Shown piece by piece: positions 40,608 through 51,837 of a stretch of 64,000 bases of DNA. Where the stretch lies: positions 1,280,001 to 1,344,000 of the forward strand of contig CP009479.1 of assembly GCA_000965745.1 (NCBI GenBank). Direction: 5' to 3'. A program made the position numbers and the translations under genes. The DNA is from an uncultured archaeon (GTDB lineage Archaea; Thermoplasmatota; Thermoplasmata; Thermoplasmatales; Thermoplasmataceae). The stretch's first letter is position 1. Every line of letters starts with the position of its first letter. The notes under the pieces are model-generated. The model was given only the letters and a program-made list of their open reading frames with translations. It was not told where the DNA came from and made no database searches.

Positions 40608-41519
40608 ATGAAAAGGGATATTATCTCAGTACTCGACATGGAAAATGAACTGGATGAGATCATCGATCTCTCCATGAAATTGAAAAGGAACAGATACGAG
40701 TCATACGATCATGCCAGGAACAGAGTACTTGGGATGATATTCGAGAAGCCTAGCACCAGGACACGTGTGTCTCTGGAAACCGCAATGGCTCAGCTCGGCG
40801 GACATGCAATATACCTCAATCCGAACGACATGCAGATGGGGCGTGGCGAAACCGTAGCAGATACTGCCAGAGTCCTGTCCGGCTTCGTGGATGTAATCTC
40901 CTACCGGGCTTTCAGCCACAGCAATGTGGTTGAGCTTGCCCAGAACGCGTCAGTGCCTGTCATAAATGCTCTCGACGACCTTGAACATCCTGTTCAGATC
41001 GTTGCAGATTTCATGACACTCAAGGAAAAGAAAGGCCGCCTCGGTGGACTTAAGCTGGCATATCTCGGTGATGGTAACAACGTCGCAAACTCTCTTCTTC
41101 TGGGGGGCGCCATAACAGGGATGGACGTTTATGTCGGATGCCCCAGGGGATATGAGCCTAACAAGGAAATACTGGAAAAGGCAAAGCAAAGGGCCAGGTC
41201 GACCGGATCGAGCATAGTGGTTACACAGGACCCTGTCGAAGCAGTCAAAGATGCGGATGCCGTTTACACTGATGTCTGGGCATCAATGGGCGATGAGTCA
41301 GTCAGGGAAAAGAAGGAAAAGGACCTCAAGAACTTTCAGGTCAACTCTGAAATTGTCTCCCATGCGAAGAAGGACTACACTTTCCTGCACTGCCTGCCTG
41401 CCCACAGGGGCCTTGAAGTGACGGGGGACGTGATAGACGGAGTCAACAGTGCAGTCTTCCAGGAAGCTGAGAACAGGCTTCACACAGAAAAGGCTTTGAT
41501 TTACAGGCTTCTGGAGTAA
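40608..41519 (+). CDS. argF: Ornithine carbamoyltransferase
   Basis: 'STRTR', 'HPVQ', 'SMG', 'HCLP'. Confidence 0.95.
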   Translation: MKRDIISVLDMENELDEIIDLSMKLKRNRYESYDHARNRVLGMIFEKPSTRTRVSLETAMAQLGGHAIYLNPNDMQMGRGETVADTARVLSGFVDVISYRAFSHSNVVELAQNASVPVINALDDLEHPVQIVADFMTLKEKKGRLGGLKLAYLGDGNNVANSLLLGGAITGMDVYVGCPRGYEPNKEILEKAKQRARSTGSSIVVTQDPVEAVKDADAVYTDVWASMGDESVREKKEKDLKNFQVNSEIVSHAKKDYTFLHCLPAHRGLEVTGDVIDGVNSAVFQEAENRLHTEKALIYRLLE

Positions 41520-41637
41520 TCTGGATTTAATACTCCATTTTTATTTTCCTGAAATTTTGACAGGCAGATTTCCGGGTTTATCCTAAAACACATATAAATC
41601 TCAAGAAGATTTTAATATGTGTAAGATATAGAACTTT

Positions 41638-41961
41638 ATGCCTGCTCCCTCAAAGCTGAGAAAGAGGAATGATATAAACAGTGTAATTTCCCAGATAAGA
41701 AAAGAAAATGAGCTGAAAGACATTCCGAATGTTCTTGTTCCTCTGTGGCAGCTTAAAATAAGGGAAAGATTCGGGATAAATCTCGACAGGGAAATCGCGG
41801 AGTACGTTGTACTTGCCGCTCATGAAAGAGGGACATGGAAAAAGCAGAGAGCTATCAGGAAAATAGAAAAGATACTGGTGGGCAGAGGAGAAACAAGTGA
41901 AAGCTCATCGAAAATAGCAAATGAAATTGTCCAGCTGGCAGTTGGGCAGAACACACAGTGA
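41638..41961 (+). CDS. Hypothetical basic protein
   Basis: 107-aa ORF with upstream TATA-like element. Confidence 0.65.
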   Translation: MPAPSKLRKRNDINSVISQIRKENELKDIPNVLVPLWQLKIRERFGINLDREIAEYVVLAAHERGTWKKQRAIRKIEKILVGRGETSESSSKIANEIVQLAVGQNTQ

Positions 41962-41973
41962 TAGAGACCCACC

Positions 41974-42570
41974 TTGAAAGGCAAGAAGCAACTCGAAATA
42001 TACCTTGAAGGGCTCGAAAAGAAAACCCGGTACATCAATTTTCTGGAGCAATATCCTACAGATTCTTCCTCCGCTTCATATGTCCTTAATGTTGCCTACA
42101 ATGACGGAAACATAGGGGGCAGAAATATTCTAGACCTCGGGACGGGCAACGGAATATTTGCCTGTGGTGCGAGAGCTTTGGGGGCTGCAAGTGTTGTGGG
42201 CATGGATGTTGACGAGGAGCAGATAGCAGTAGCAATACGAAACTGCGGTTCTGACGGTGTAGATTTTGTTGCAGCATCTGTGGAATCTGCGGCCGGTTCC
42301 TATGACACAGTCATAATGAATGCCCCCTTCGGATCAGTGAATGCCCATGCTGACCTTCCGTTTCTCGAGAAAGCTGTAGAGCTTGGAGAGTTTATTTACT
42401 CTATTCACAACATAAAATCCCGTGATTTTGTTCGGAATTTCTACATGGGAAAGGGTGAGATTTTCAGGGAGGAGATCTTGGACATAACGGTTGGAAGACT
42501 TTATAAGCACCACAGGAAGGACAGGGCAACTATCAGGTCCGTTTTCTTTTCAGTCAGGGTAGAACACTGA
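41974..42570 (+). CDS. METTL5-family RNA methyltransferase
   Basis: 'LEQYPT', 'DLGTGNG', 'MNAPFG'. Confidence 0.88.
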   Translation: MKGKKQLEIYLEGLEKKTRYINFLEQYPTDSSSASYVLNVAYNDGNIGGRNILDLGTGNGIFACGARALGAASVVGMDVDEEQIAVAIRNCGSDGVDFVAASVESAAGSYDTVIMNAPFGSVNAHADLPFLEKAVELGEFIYSIHNIKSRDFVRNFYMGKGEIFREEILDITVGRLYKHHRKDRATIRSVFFSVRVEH

Positions 42571-42620
42571 ATAATGCGCGAAACAATAATTAATGCAGAG
42601 CCAATCACACCTTAAATAAT

Positions 42621-42693
42621 GGCCGGGGTGGGGTAGTGGATATCCTTGGGGACTGTGGATCCCCGGACCCGGGTTCAATTCCCGGTCCCGGCC
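42621..42693 (+). tRNA. tRNA-His(GUG) with encoded G-1
   Basis: G-GCCGGGG...GGGGA CTGTGGA TCCCC...TCCCGGCC. Confidence 0.95.
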
Positions 42694-42855
42694 CTCTCCT
42701 TCACACCAGGCAGGCTTCCCGGCCTTTCTTTGGGGCAAATGCAAATTGTCAAGCAACACTGGCATCTCCCGCCAAATTCATCTGGATTTCGGTTTTTGAT
42801 TCAGTTGCAGGGGACGCATAACATATAATTATGTAAGAGATAAGGGGAAGTAACA

Positions 42856-44325
42856 ATGAACGCAGAAGATATACTGGGCTACGCAAGAAGGACCGGCATG
42901 TTCTGGTCTGCGGCAGAAATATACGGCGGCTCAGCCGGCATTTACGATTACGGCCACACAGGAGCTACACTCAAGCGCAATTTTGAGTCTCTCTGGCTTT
43001 CATACTTTGTTGAAAGAAACCAGAATTACTTTCTCATAGACGGTTCCACACTGCTTCCGGAAAAACCGCTGATAGCCTCCGGGCACGCAGAGAGGTTCAA
43101 CGACATCCTGATAGGATGCAAAAAATGCAAGTCGTACTATCGGGCGGACATGCTACTTTCGGAACTTGGCATTGAAATACACGAAGGAGCAGCCCCGTCT
43201 GAGGTCGACGAGACAGTCAGGTCAAACAGCCTGAGGTGCCCCAAGTGCAACGGGGAATTCGGGCCGTCCAGGGCCTTCAACATGATGATCGACGTTTCAC
43301 TGGGACCAGAGAAGTCGGACAGAGGATACCTGAGGCCGGAGACCGCCCAGTCGGCATTCCTGAACTTCTATCGCGAGTTCAACTCTCTCAGGCAGAAGCT
43401 CCCCCTTGGACTGGCTATTATCGGGAGAGCATACAGGAATGAGATCTCACCAAGGCAGGGCCTTTACAGGCTCAGGGAGTTGATACAGGCAGAGCTGCAG
43501 ATTTTCTTCGATGAGAAGAACTGGGAACCTGACATCAGCGATTATGCAGGGGATGAGATGAGTGTCGTAACTTACCCGAAGGGTCAGCAGGAGAGGGTTA
43601 AGGCCAAAGACCTCCTTGAACTTGGGTACCCTGGTTTCTATGTATACCACATGGCGCTGATTCACAGGTTCTATGTTGATGTGCTCGGTATTCCGGAGGA
43701 GAAATTCAGGTTCTACGAGAAGGGCGGCGATGACAAGGCCTTTTACAACAAGGTCCACATGGATATAGAGCTTGATATTCAGAGCTGGGGCGGCTTCAAG
43801 GAAGTTGGCGGCCTGCATTACAGGGGAGACTATGATCTGTCATCCCATTCCAGGGGATCCAGCAAGAGTTTCAAGGTCAAGTCAGGAGGGAGAGAATTCT
43901 ATCCTAACGTACTCGAGCTCAGCTTTGGGGTTGACAGGAACATCTGGGCACAGATCGACATCCTCTACAGCAATGAGGGCCGGCAGGTCCTGTCCCTCAA
44001 GCCCTATATGGCACCTTATGCCGCAGCAGTGTTCCCCCTTCAGCACGACGAGGCAATAGAAAAGGAAGCTGAAAGCATTTTTTCAGGCATTTCCGGAAAA
44101 TTCAGGTCATTCATGGACTTCTCCGGCTCAATCGGTAAGCGTTATGCCAGAATGGACGAAATCGGCACCCCGTTCTGCATCACAGTTGACTATGAAACCG
44201 TAGACAACAGCTCTGACAACTATGGTACCGTGACAGTACGGTCAAGGGACAGCAGGGAGCAGAAAAGGGTAAGGGTATCAGATCTTGAGAGGTTTCTGTC
44301 AGATGCACTCAAGCCTGAATTCTGA
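42856..44325 (+). CDS. glyS: Glycyl-tRNA synthetase (alpha2 type)
   Basis: 'EIYGG', 'YLRPETAQ', 'RNEISPRQG', 'SFGVDR', 'DEIGTPFCITVD'. Confidence 0.95.
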   Translation: MNAEDILGYARRTGMFWSAAEIYGGSAGIYDYGHTGATLKRNFESLWLSYFVERNQNYFLIDGSTLLPEKPLIASGHAERFNDILIGCKKCKSYYRADMLLSELGIEIHEGAAPSEVDETVRSNSLRCPKCNGEFGPSRAFNMMIDVSLGPEKSDRGYLRPETAQSAFLNFYREFNSLRQKLPLGLAIIGRAYRNEISPRQGLYRLRELIQAELQIFFDEKNWEPDISDYAGDEMSVVTYPKGQQERVKAKDLLELGYPGFYVYHMALIHRFYVDVLGIPEEKFRFYEKGGDDKAFYNKVHMDIELDIQSWGGFKEVGGLHYRGDYDLSSHSRGSSKSFKVKSGGREFYPNVLELSFGVDRNIWAQIDILYSNEGRQVLSLKPYMAPYAAAVFPLQHDEAIEKEAESIFSGISGKFRSFMDFSGSIGKRYARMDEIGTPFCITVDYETVDNSSDNYGTVTVRSRDSREQKRVRVSDLERFLSDALKPEF

Positions 44326-44373
44326 TGCCATTATGCCGTCTCTGCAGACTTTCTCAAAGATTGCGGGGGCGCA

Positions 44374-44885
44374 TCAGATTATTCTCACCATAACGAGAAA
44401 GCAATAATAACTGCCGTTTACTTTCATCTCATCCCTTAAGTGCCCTGCCTTCTCGAAGCCGCTTCCTGTAGAGATGCATGGCAGGAGCCTGTGCTTTGCA
44501 TACTGTAAGGATCACCTTATGCGCTCCCTGTTATCAGAAATGACTGAAAGCGCCTTGTCTAGCAGGCCATGGCCTACTCCAGTTCCAAGAATGCATGGCG
44601 TTACAAAGAAGCTGAAAATTTCCGCCACATGGCCAGCTCTTGCCCTGTTCCTGAAACTTTATCCAATCATACCGACAAGCCTGTCCCGCCGGTCAGCCGC
44701 AAAAAAAGAAGTCTGCTCATCCTTTCCTTCCAGAAATCCTCTTCGCGGTCAGTCCCACTGTCTCTGGCTGAAAGAAACGCAAGAAGATCACTACGCATCG
44801 CTTCGAGGCGCAGCTTCCTGTAACCTGCCCATTTCGAAAGTGGCATCCGCATTATCTCGAAGTCTCTGTTGACGCGTTCCAACAC
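44374..44885 (-). pseudogene. GNAT acetyltransferase pseudogene
   Basis: 'YRKLRLEAM..D..AF', then after frameshifts and stops 'LVGMIG', 'GTGVGHGLL', 'GFEKAG'. Confidence 0.7.
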
Positions 44886-44923
44886 TGCCCTTTACGGCAT
44901 GAAGCGGATTAATACATCCCCTC

Positions 44924-45310
44924 TTACGCTGAGACTGTGGAAGCTACAATAAGCGCAAGGATTGTTCCATAAACGACAGTTGCAAGGTAAATCCCAATGA
45001 ATGTGTATGAAACGTATCTTTTCATCCTCCTGCTCACGCCCATGTCGTACACGATCCCTTTCACTCCGTTAAGTGCGTGGTAGGTTATGATCCAGACAAA
45101 CACGAGGAAGAAGGCAAGCCACCAGGGATTGCTCAGATTCCTGACAATCGAGTCAAACAGTTCAATGGGAGAACCACCGTTTATGTGGGCGACATAGAGG
45201 TGCACCGCCATGAAGAACACCAGAAACATTCCGCTTGATGCCTGGAGAAACCATTTTACCGTTGTGAAGCGGTCTCTCGTCCCATAGCTCCTCTTGCGCG
45301 CATCTTCCAT
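44924..45310 (-). CDS. sdhD: Succinate dehydrogenase membrane anchor
   Basis: 'WFLQASSG', 'YHALNGVK...D'. Confidence 0.88.
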   Translation of the reverse strand: MEDARKRSYGTRDRFTTVKWFLQASSGMFLVFFMAVHLYVAHINGGSPIELFDSIVRNLSNPWWLAFFLVFVWIITYHALNGVKGIVYDMGVSRRMKRYVSYTFIGIYLATVVYGTILALIVASTVSA

Positions 45311-45717
45311 TACAAACCACTTCCCGACAGAACGGCCTGCCAAGCATAGTAGAGAAACAGGAGCATAAGCGCCATTGCACCTGCTTCGAGCACGAAGAAC
45401 AGAGCTTTGTGGTGTGCCAGGCCGAGGCCCATTTCATTGAGCATTAGCCTTACGCCGTTTGCCCCATGGTAAAATATGACGACAGTGAGCAGCACATCCA
45501 TAACAATGAATATCCCGTACGGTCCATAGGCTGCCGCTCTTACAACGGCATCGAATGTTGCCTGCCCTCTGAGAAGATTTGAGAGCACAGCATAATGGAG
45601 ATAGAGGTAGAAAACTATCACAACACCGGAAAATCTGTGCATGCTGTAAGCGAAAAAGCCGAGCCCTTTTCGGTCGAAACGGAACCAGCTTATAATACTC
45701 GCCTTGTGTTCAGTCAT
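45310..45717 (-). CDS. sdhC: Succinate dehydrogenase cytochrome b subunit
   Basis: 'HRFSG', 'YHGANGVR'. Confidence 0.88.
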   Translation of the reverse strand: MTEHKASIISWFRFDRKGLGFFAYSMHRFSGVVIVFYLYLHYAVLSNLLRGQATFDAVVRAAAYGPYGIFIVMDVLLTVVIFYHGANGVRLMLNEMGLGLAHHKALFFVLEAGAMALMLLFLYYAWQAVLSGSGL

Positions 45718-46448
45718 TTCCGCCTCCCCCTGATAAGCCCTGAGATCTCATGCTTGAAGACCTGCCATCTCAGTTTCTGTATTGCGGATGACGGATCCAC
45801 ACCCTTAGGGCAAACTTCGGAACATTCTCCGGCATAATGGCACCTGGAAGTGCCCTCTTCCGTGCCAATTGCCTCAAGCCTGTATTTTCCACCTTCGTCC
45901 CTGCTGTCGAGGTTGTACCTGAGAACTGCAGTCAGAGATGCCGGGCCAAGATAATCCTCGTCAGTTCCGACTATGGGGCAGGCTGCCATGCAGAGCCCGC
46001 ATTTGATGCACATGGAATATTGTTCATACTTCTGAAACTGTTCAGGGGTCTGCAGCAACTCTGAGCTGTAATCGCCATAGTCTTCCCTTATTATGTAAGG
46101 GAGACCTTTCCTGTACTTGTCAAAAAACGAATCCAGATCAACGACAAGATCCTTTATCACGTCAAAGTGCCTGATTGGCTCAACCCTGATCTTGTCGGTC
46201 TTAAGGCTAGAAGCAATGGTGGAGCAGGCCATTTTCGGTTTTCCATTCACCTCAACGGCACAGCTTCCACATATCTCCATCGTGCATGAGTACCTCATCG
46301 ACAGGGTCTGATCCAGGTTCTCTTTGATATAAAGAAGCCCTTCAAACACAGTTGAGATCCTGTCCTTTGGCACGCTGTAATCTGAGTAGCTAACCTTTCC
46401 ATGATCATCCTTCCTCTTGATGGTGAACTCATACTCATTCCCGCTCAT
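45714..46448 (-). CDS. sdhB: Succinate dehydrogenase Fe-S subunit
   Basis: 'SCTMEICGSC', 'CIKCGLCMAACP', 'CHYAGECSEVCP'. Confidence 0.95.
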   Translation of the reverse strand: MSGNEYEFTIKRKDDHGKVSYSDYSVPKDRISTVFEGLLYIKENLDQTLSMRYSCTMEICGSCAVEVNGKPKMACSTIASSLKTDKIRVEPIRHFDVIKDLVVDLDSFFDKYRKGLPYIIREDYGDYSSELLQTPEQFQKYEQYSMCIKCGLCMAACPIVGTDEDYLGPASLTAVLRYNLDSRDEGGKYRLEAIGTEEGTSRCHYAGECSEVCPKGVDPSSAIQKLRWQVFKHEISGLIRGRRK

Positions 46449-46457
46449 AGCATCATC

Positions 46458-48161
46458 TCAGTACACTCTCTCGGCCGGCTGCCACTTCGTGATCCTTACC
46501 GGGGAATATTCAAGCCTTGGCCCATCACGGGTGTAGGTTGCTATTGTATGCTTCAGGAAATTATCGTCATCCCTTTTGGGAAAGTCCTTCCTGTAATGCG
46601 CACCCCGGCTTTCTTTCCTCTCAAAAGCACCCTTTGCCACAATCTCCGCCAGATCAAGCATGTAACCAACTTCAAGGGCCCACTGAAGTTCTGTATTGAA
46701 AACATTTGATTTATCCTGGATGCTGATCCTGCTATAACGTTCCTTGAGCTCATAGATCGTCTTTATTGCTGATTCCAGCTTCTCTCCCGTCTTAAAAACT
46801 CCCACATTAACGTCCATTGTATGCCCGAGATCGGATCTTATTGCGGCCACATTTTCTCCTCCATCTCTGCGCATAATGTCTTCCCAGAGCCTTTTTTCCT
46901 CTTCTCTAATCTTGTCGTGGTTCAGATCGGGAATTCCGTGCGAAGAGGCAAATTCTGCTGCTTTCTTCCCCGCTACATTCCCCAGGGCGAGACATTCATT
47001 TGTGGAGTTGGAACCAAGGCGATTGGCACCATGTATGCTTATGGAGGCATTCTCTCCGGCCCCGAATACCCCGGGAACCACTGTCTCTGTGCCTATACCG
47101 ACACTCACGCCTCCCATGGTATAGTGTGTTGCGGGCCTGACAGGAATCGGTCCTTCGGCAGCGTCTATGTTGTTGAATTTCCTCGCTATATCTGTGATCA
47201 TGGGCAGCCTTTCTTCGAGCTTATCTGCAATATGGGTCAGGTCAAGGTTTATGTACTCTATATTCCCGTATCCTCCCCTGACTCCCCTGCCAGCTTCGAT
47301 TTCCCACATCATGGCCCTTGAAACTATGTCTCTCGGCGCCTCTTCGAGCTTTGTAGGGGCATAATGCTCCATGAACCTCTTCCCTTCGGAATTCCTCAAG
47401 TAGCCTCCTTCGGCTCTCGCAGCTTCAGTAATAAGGATGCCGGAAGGGACCAGGCCTGTCGGGTGAAACTGCACAAATTCCATGTCCTTGAGTGGGATTC
47501 CCGCCCTGTAGGCTATTGCATCCCCATCACCAGTTGTTGAATGGGCGCAAGTGCTGAACCGGTACATGCGCCCTCCTCCACCAGCTGCAAGAATAAGCGA
47601 TTTAGACTGAAAGATGGTATATTCTCCGGTTCTTAGATTTATTGTGGTCATGGCGTTGAACCTGTTGCTGTCCACCGAGATTGATGTTGCAAAATATTCG
47701 TTATAGAAGTGAATCCTGTCATACATCAGGCATCTGCTGTAAAGCGTTTGCATAACATGAAAACCGGTTTTGTCCGCGGCAAAGACAGCCCTGGGAAAGC
47801 TGAGTCCTCCAAAATCCCGCTGTGATATCCGGCCATCTTCGGCCCTGCTCCACGGGCATCCCCAGTGGTCGGTAGTGTATATCTGTTCAGGGACGAGCTT
47901 TACAAACTCCTCGACAGCATCCTGATCAGCCAGGTAGTCACTGCCTTTGATCGTGTCATAGGAATGAAGATCAAAATTGTCCTCAGGGTCGAGGACAGCA
48001 CTTGTACCGCCTTCTGCAGCAACCGAATGCGACCTCAGTGGATACAGTTTTGACACAAGCCCAACAGTGATTTCTCCGTTTGACTCAACGGCTGCAATTG
48101 CAGCTCTTAGGCCTGCAAGTCCTCCACCCATTATAATTACGTCTTCTCTGATAATCTCCAA
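46458..48161 (-). CDS. sdhA: Succinate dehydrogenase flavoprotein
   Basis: 'RSHSVAAEGG', 'QFHPTG', 'HGANRLGSNS'. Confidence 0.95.
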   Translation of the reverse strand: MEIIREDVIIMGGGLAGLRAAIAAVESNGEITVGLVSKLYPLRSHSVAAEGGTSAVLDPEDNFDLHSYDTIKGSDYLADQDAVEEFVKLVPEQIYTTDHWGCPWSRAEDGRISQRDFGGLSFPRAVFAADKTGFHVMQTLYSRCLMYDRIHFYNEYFATSISVDSNRFNAMTTINLRTGEYTIFQSKSLILAAGGGGRMYRFSTCAHSTTGDGDAIAYRAGIPLKDMEFVQFHPTGLVPSGILITEAARAEGGYLRNSEGKRFMEHYAPTKLEEAPRDIVSRAMMWEIEAGRGVRGGYGNIEYINLDLTHIADKLEERLPMITDIARKFNNIDAAEGPIPVRPATHYTMGGVSVGIGTETVVPGVFGAGENASISIHGANRLGSNSTNECLALGNVAGKKAAEFASSHGIPDLNHDKIREEEKRLWEDIMRRDGGENVAAIRSDLGHTMDVNVGVFKTGEKLESAIKTIYELKERYSRISIQDKSNVFNTELQWALEVGYMLDLAEIVAKGAFERKESRGAHYRKDFPKRDDDNFLKHTIATYTRDGPRLEYSPVRITKWQPAERVY

Positions 48162-48351
48162 AACGATTACCTTTAAATTTATCGACTTAGTACATATAAA
48201 CGGGTAGCCGTAACCCTAATAGATTTTCTAGTTGCTAATATATAATAAATTGATTGAAAATGGTTATTCACGCATGCAAAACCATTTTCCTGAAGGGTAA
48301 AATGAAAAAAAAATCATGCCTGAACAGCTGCATTTCCAGCATTAATCATTT

Positions 48352-49824
48352 CTAAGCCTCGGGGCTCCTGATTCCGAGAAGATCTGCTATACGGTTTCCA
48401 TAATCCCTGTCTGCTTTGTGGAAGTATTCGAGCTGCCTCTCTACAATGTTTTTCTCGACAACCTTCAGGTCATTGGCAATGTTCTCCGCCAGGATGGACT
48501 TCTGCTCTTCAGACATGATCCTGTAGAGGTTTCCTGCCTGTACAAAGTCGTCATCCTCAGAGTGGTTTGTGTAAGGGACAGAATCTGCATTTCCCTCAAC
48601 TCTGTACTCCTTTTTTCTGGCATAGCGTGAGGCTACCGGACCGTTGAACGAATTGGGCTCGTAGTTAACCCTTCCTTCTGAGTTATCGTCCACCCTCATG
48701 TAGCCGTCCCTGTAGTAATTCTCAGCATTCGAGAGGTGCGGGCTGTTCACCGGAATGGAGGTGTAGTTTACTCCCAGCCTGTACCTGTGTGTATCGGCAT
48801 AGGAAAATGTTCTTGCCTGCAGCATCTTGTCTGGGGAAAACTCTACTCCTGGAACTACATTTCCCGGAGAGAAGGCTGCCTGCTCAACTTCAGCAAAGTA
48901 GTTCTTGGGGTTCCTGTCGAGAACCATTTTTCCAATTTCATGAAGCGGGTAATCCGTATGGGGCCAGACCTTCGTGACGTCGAAGGGGTTGAACCTGTAA
49001 GTCCAGGCATCATCATAGGGCATTATCTGCACATAAACTGTCCATGTGGGGCACTCTCCCCTTTCTATAGCATCGTAAAGATCCAGGGTATGGAAATCCG
49101 GGGTTTCCCCTGCAAGTTTTGCGGCCCGGTCCACTGGCATGTTCTTTATGCCCTGGTCAGTCTTGAAATGATATTTAACCCAAACGGCTTCATCTTTTTC
49201 ATTCACCCACTTGAACGTGTGGCCGCTGTATCCGTTCATATTCCTGTAACTGTACGGTATTCCTCTGTCCGAGTACAGTATTGTCACCTGGTGCATGCTT
49301 TCAGGGGAATGTGAAAAGAAGTCCCACACCATGTTTGGATTCTTGGCGTTCGTGGTGGGGTCCCTCTTCTGTGAGTGTATAAAATCAGGAAATTTAATTC
49401 CATCCCTGATGAAAAACACAGGAGTGTTGTTCATTACGAGATCATAGTTCCCCTCCTCCGTGTACATCTTGACCGCGAATCCTCTCGGGTCCCTCACGGT
49501 ATCAGCGGATCCCCTTTCTCCTGCAACAGTTGAAAATCTGACAAAGAGGGGAGTCTTCTTTCCCTTTCCATGCAGGAACTTGGCCCTTGTGTACCTGGAC
49601 ACATCGGAAGTAGTCTCGAAATAACCGAACGCTCCTGCACCCTTCGCATGCACTACCCTCTCGGGGATGCGTTCCCTGTCAAAATGGGCCAGTTTCTCAA
49701 TCAGGTATACATCTTCGAGAAGGGTCGGGCCGTCAGAACCGGCTGTCACGGAATTCTGGTTATCCCCAACAGGGATCCCGTGCTGTGATGTAAGCTGGTC
49801 ATCGCTCTTCCTGTCATCACTCAT
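48352..49824 (-). CDS. katA: Monofunctional heme catalase (small subunit)
   Basis: '[15 protein letters not shown]', 'RTFSYADTH'. Confidence 0.95.
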   Translation of the reverse strand: MSDDRKSDDQLTSQHGIPVGDNQNSVTAGSDGPTLLEDVYLIEKLAHFDRERIPERVVHAKGAGAFGYFETTSDVSRYTRAKFLHGKGKKTPLFVRFSTVAGERGSADTVRDPRGFAVKMYTEEGNYDLVMNNTPVFFIRDGIKFPDFIHSQKRDPTTNAKNPNMVWDFFSHSPESMHQVTILYSDRGIPYSYRNMNGYSGHTFKWVNEKDEAVWVKYHFKTDQGIKNMPVDRAAKLAGETPDFHTLDLYDAIERGECPTWTVYVQIMPYDDAWTYRFNPFDVTKVWPHTDYPLHEIGKMVLDRNPKNYFAEVEQAAFSPGNVVPGVEFSPDKMLQARTFSYADTHRYRLGVNYTSIPVNSPHLSNAENYYRDGYMRVDDNSEGRVNYEPNSFNGPVASRYARKKEYRVEGNADSVPYTNHSEDDDFVQAGNLYRIMSEEQKSILAENIANDLKVVEKNIVERQLEYFHKADRDYGNRIADLLGIRSPEA

Positions 49825-49959
49825 AAAATCACGCAATATGAACTAGCAAAGCCGTGTATAAATACATTTTTAAAACTCCCGCAGCAGTATTCAAATTGCA
49901 TTCTAATGGTGCTTACATCCATGGTTTGGATTAATATGTGCCATCCGCCTGTCAAAAAC

Positions 49960-50391
49960 ATGACCGGCAACGTTGATTTTGAGGGAACATGGGAGCTCAT
50001 TTCTTTCCGCAACGAAGGAGAAGACGGATCAGTCAACTACCCTTTCGGCAAGAATCCGAGGGGAATGATCTGGTATGACAGAAACGGGTACATGGGCGTA
50101 AACATCATGCCTGAAGAAAGGTTGAAATTCGAGTCGGGCGACATGTTTGTGGCCACGGAAAGGGAACTCAGGGACGCCATCAGGTATATTGCTTACTCTG
50201 GAAAATTTGAGGTGAAGGAAAATAAAGTGATACACAAGATCGAAGTTGCATTGTTCCCGAACTGGGTCGGACGTGATCAGGAGAGATTCTACAAGATAGA
50301 CGGCAACAGGCTTACTCTCACAACAAAGCCAATGAAATTCGAAGGAAAACAGGTAATCTCACGTCTGGTGTGGGAACATACAGGTCAATAA
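49960..50391 (+). CDS. Lipocalin-like domain protein
   Basis: 'GTWELIS', 'YIAYSG', 'FPNWVG.DQER'. Confidence 0.8.
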   Translation: MTGNVDFEGTWELISFRNEGEDGSVNYPFGKNPRGMIWYDRNGYMGVNIMPEERLKFESGDMFVATERELRDAIRYIAYSGKFEVKENKVIHKIEVALFPNWVGRDQERFYKIDGNRLTLTTKPMKFEGKQVISRLVWEHTGQ

Positions 50392-50403
50392 AAGTTAGGT
50401 CGC

Positions 50404-51369
50404 TCAAGATACCTTGAGCGCTTTCCAGTCGTTCTTTGCAGGAGGTTTTCCCCTCTTTTTCTGGATGTAATTATAGGCAGACAGTGCTGCGGTAGCACCC
50501 TGTCCTGCTGAGATGACCGCCTGTTTGTATGGAACGTCAGTCACGTCCCCTGCTGCAAATATTCCGTCCACAGAAGTCCTGCAGTGGTTGTCCACGATTA
50601 TCTCTCCCTGCTTGTTCAGATCGACCAGCTCCTTGACAAAACCGGTTTTCGTTATGTAGCCGTTCTCAACAAATATACCTGAAACTTCCACTGTCCCTTC
50701 CTCGGAGGACCCATTCATGACCTTGATGGAATTGGCCGAAAAGTCGCCTTCAATAGATGACACCTTCGTGCCGTTCATGAAGGATACTTTTCCGCTTCTC
50801 TTGAGCGCTTCAATCATTTCTTCGTCTCCGAATGGTTTCTTTGAAGACTGAACAATATAGACATGCTCAGTTATTCCCGAAAGATAGTTTGCAGCTTCTA
50901 TGGCCTGGTCCCCATTTCCGACTACTGCGACTTTCGTTCCCTTGAAAAGTGGTCCATCGCAGACAGCACAATATGAGACACCTCTTCCCTTGAACTGCTC
51001 TTCTCCCGGAACGTTCAGGTCTCTAGGCGTCTTTCCGAAAGCCAGTATGAGTGCCTCAGATGAGTATGAAGCAAAAGGTGTCGTGAGTTGAAAACCTGGG
51101 CCCTCATTCTTCTCAACTCCGGTAACCTCATCGTAGGCAAATTCAACACCGTATTTCGTGACCTGTTCCTGAAATTTGTTCATCAGTTCAAAACCGCCAA
51201 TCTGTTCGTATCCTGGATAGTTCTGAATATCATTCGTTAGAAGTGCCTGCCCGCCTATGTCTTTTGTAATGACAAGGGTCCTCAATCCCTGCCTTCCCGT
51301 ATAGAGGGCTGCGGTAAGGCCCGCGGAGGCCCCGCCTATTATTATCACGTCGTATTTTTTCGATTCCAT
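50404..51369 (-). CDS. trxB: Thioredoxin reductase (second copy)
   Basis: '[10 protein letters not shown]', 'FAAGDV'. Confidence 0.9.
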   Translation of the reverse strand: MESKKYDVIIIGGASAGLTAALYTGRQGLRTLVITKDIGGQALLTNDIQNYPGYEQIGGFELMNKFQEQVTKYGVEFAYDEVTGVEKNEGPGFQLTTPFASYSSEALILAFGKTPRDLNVPGEEQFKGRGVSYCAVCDGPLFKGTKVAVVGNGDQAIEAANYLSGITEHVYIVQSSKKPFGDEEMIEALKRSGKVSFMNGTKVSSIEGDFSANSIKVMNGSSEEGTVEVSGIFVENGYITKTGFVKELVDLNKQGEIIVDNHCRTSVDGIFAAGDVTDVPYKQAVISAGQGATAALSAYNYIQKKRGKPPAKNDWKALKVS

Positions 51370-51397
51370 ATGCTGACCGTTATTGCCCTAGCCGGAC

Positions 51398-51826
51398 TCA
51401 GTTCAGGTGCGGCTGAATCTTTGACTCAATGTACTGCTTCGGTGCTGCACCAAGAAGTCCGTCTACTACTTTTCCATCTTTGAACACGAGAAGCGTGGGG
51501 ATGCTCCTTATCTGGAACGCTCCAGCAACAGACGGGTTCTCATCAACATTCAGCCTGCCGAATGTCATCTTTCCGGCATACTCCTTAGCGAGTTCATCTA
51601 TTATCGGTGAAACCATTCTGCAAGGTCCGCACCATTCAGCCCAGAAGTCAACGAGCATAACACTGTTCTTTCCAATCTCCTGGCTGAAATTGGAATCGGT
51701 CAGCTCTATAGGCTTCGTCGGATAGGACTCTACTTCTATTTTATCATCTCTGTTCTGATCATTCATTTTCATCATTTCCTCCATTTTTCTTTGTCTTATT
51801 GCTTCAATTTCTTTATCTGTATCCAT
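51398..51826 (-). CDS. trxA: Thioredoxin
   Basis: WCGPC. Confidence 0.95.
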   Translation of the reverse strand: MDTDKEIEAIRQRKMEEMMKMNDQNRDDKIEVESYPTKPIELTDSNFSQEIGKNSVMLVDFWAEWCGPCRMVSPIIDELAKEYAGKMTFGRLNVDENPSVAGAFQIRSIPTLLVFKDGKVVDGLLGAAPKQYIESKIQPHLN

Positions 51827-51837
51827 ACGGTTATCTC

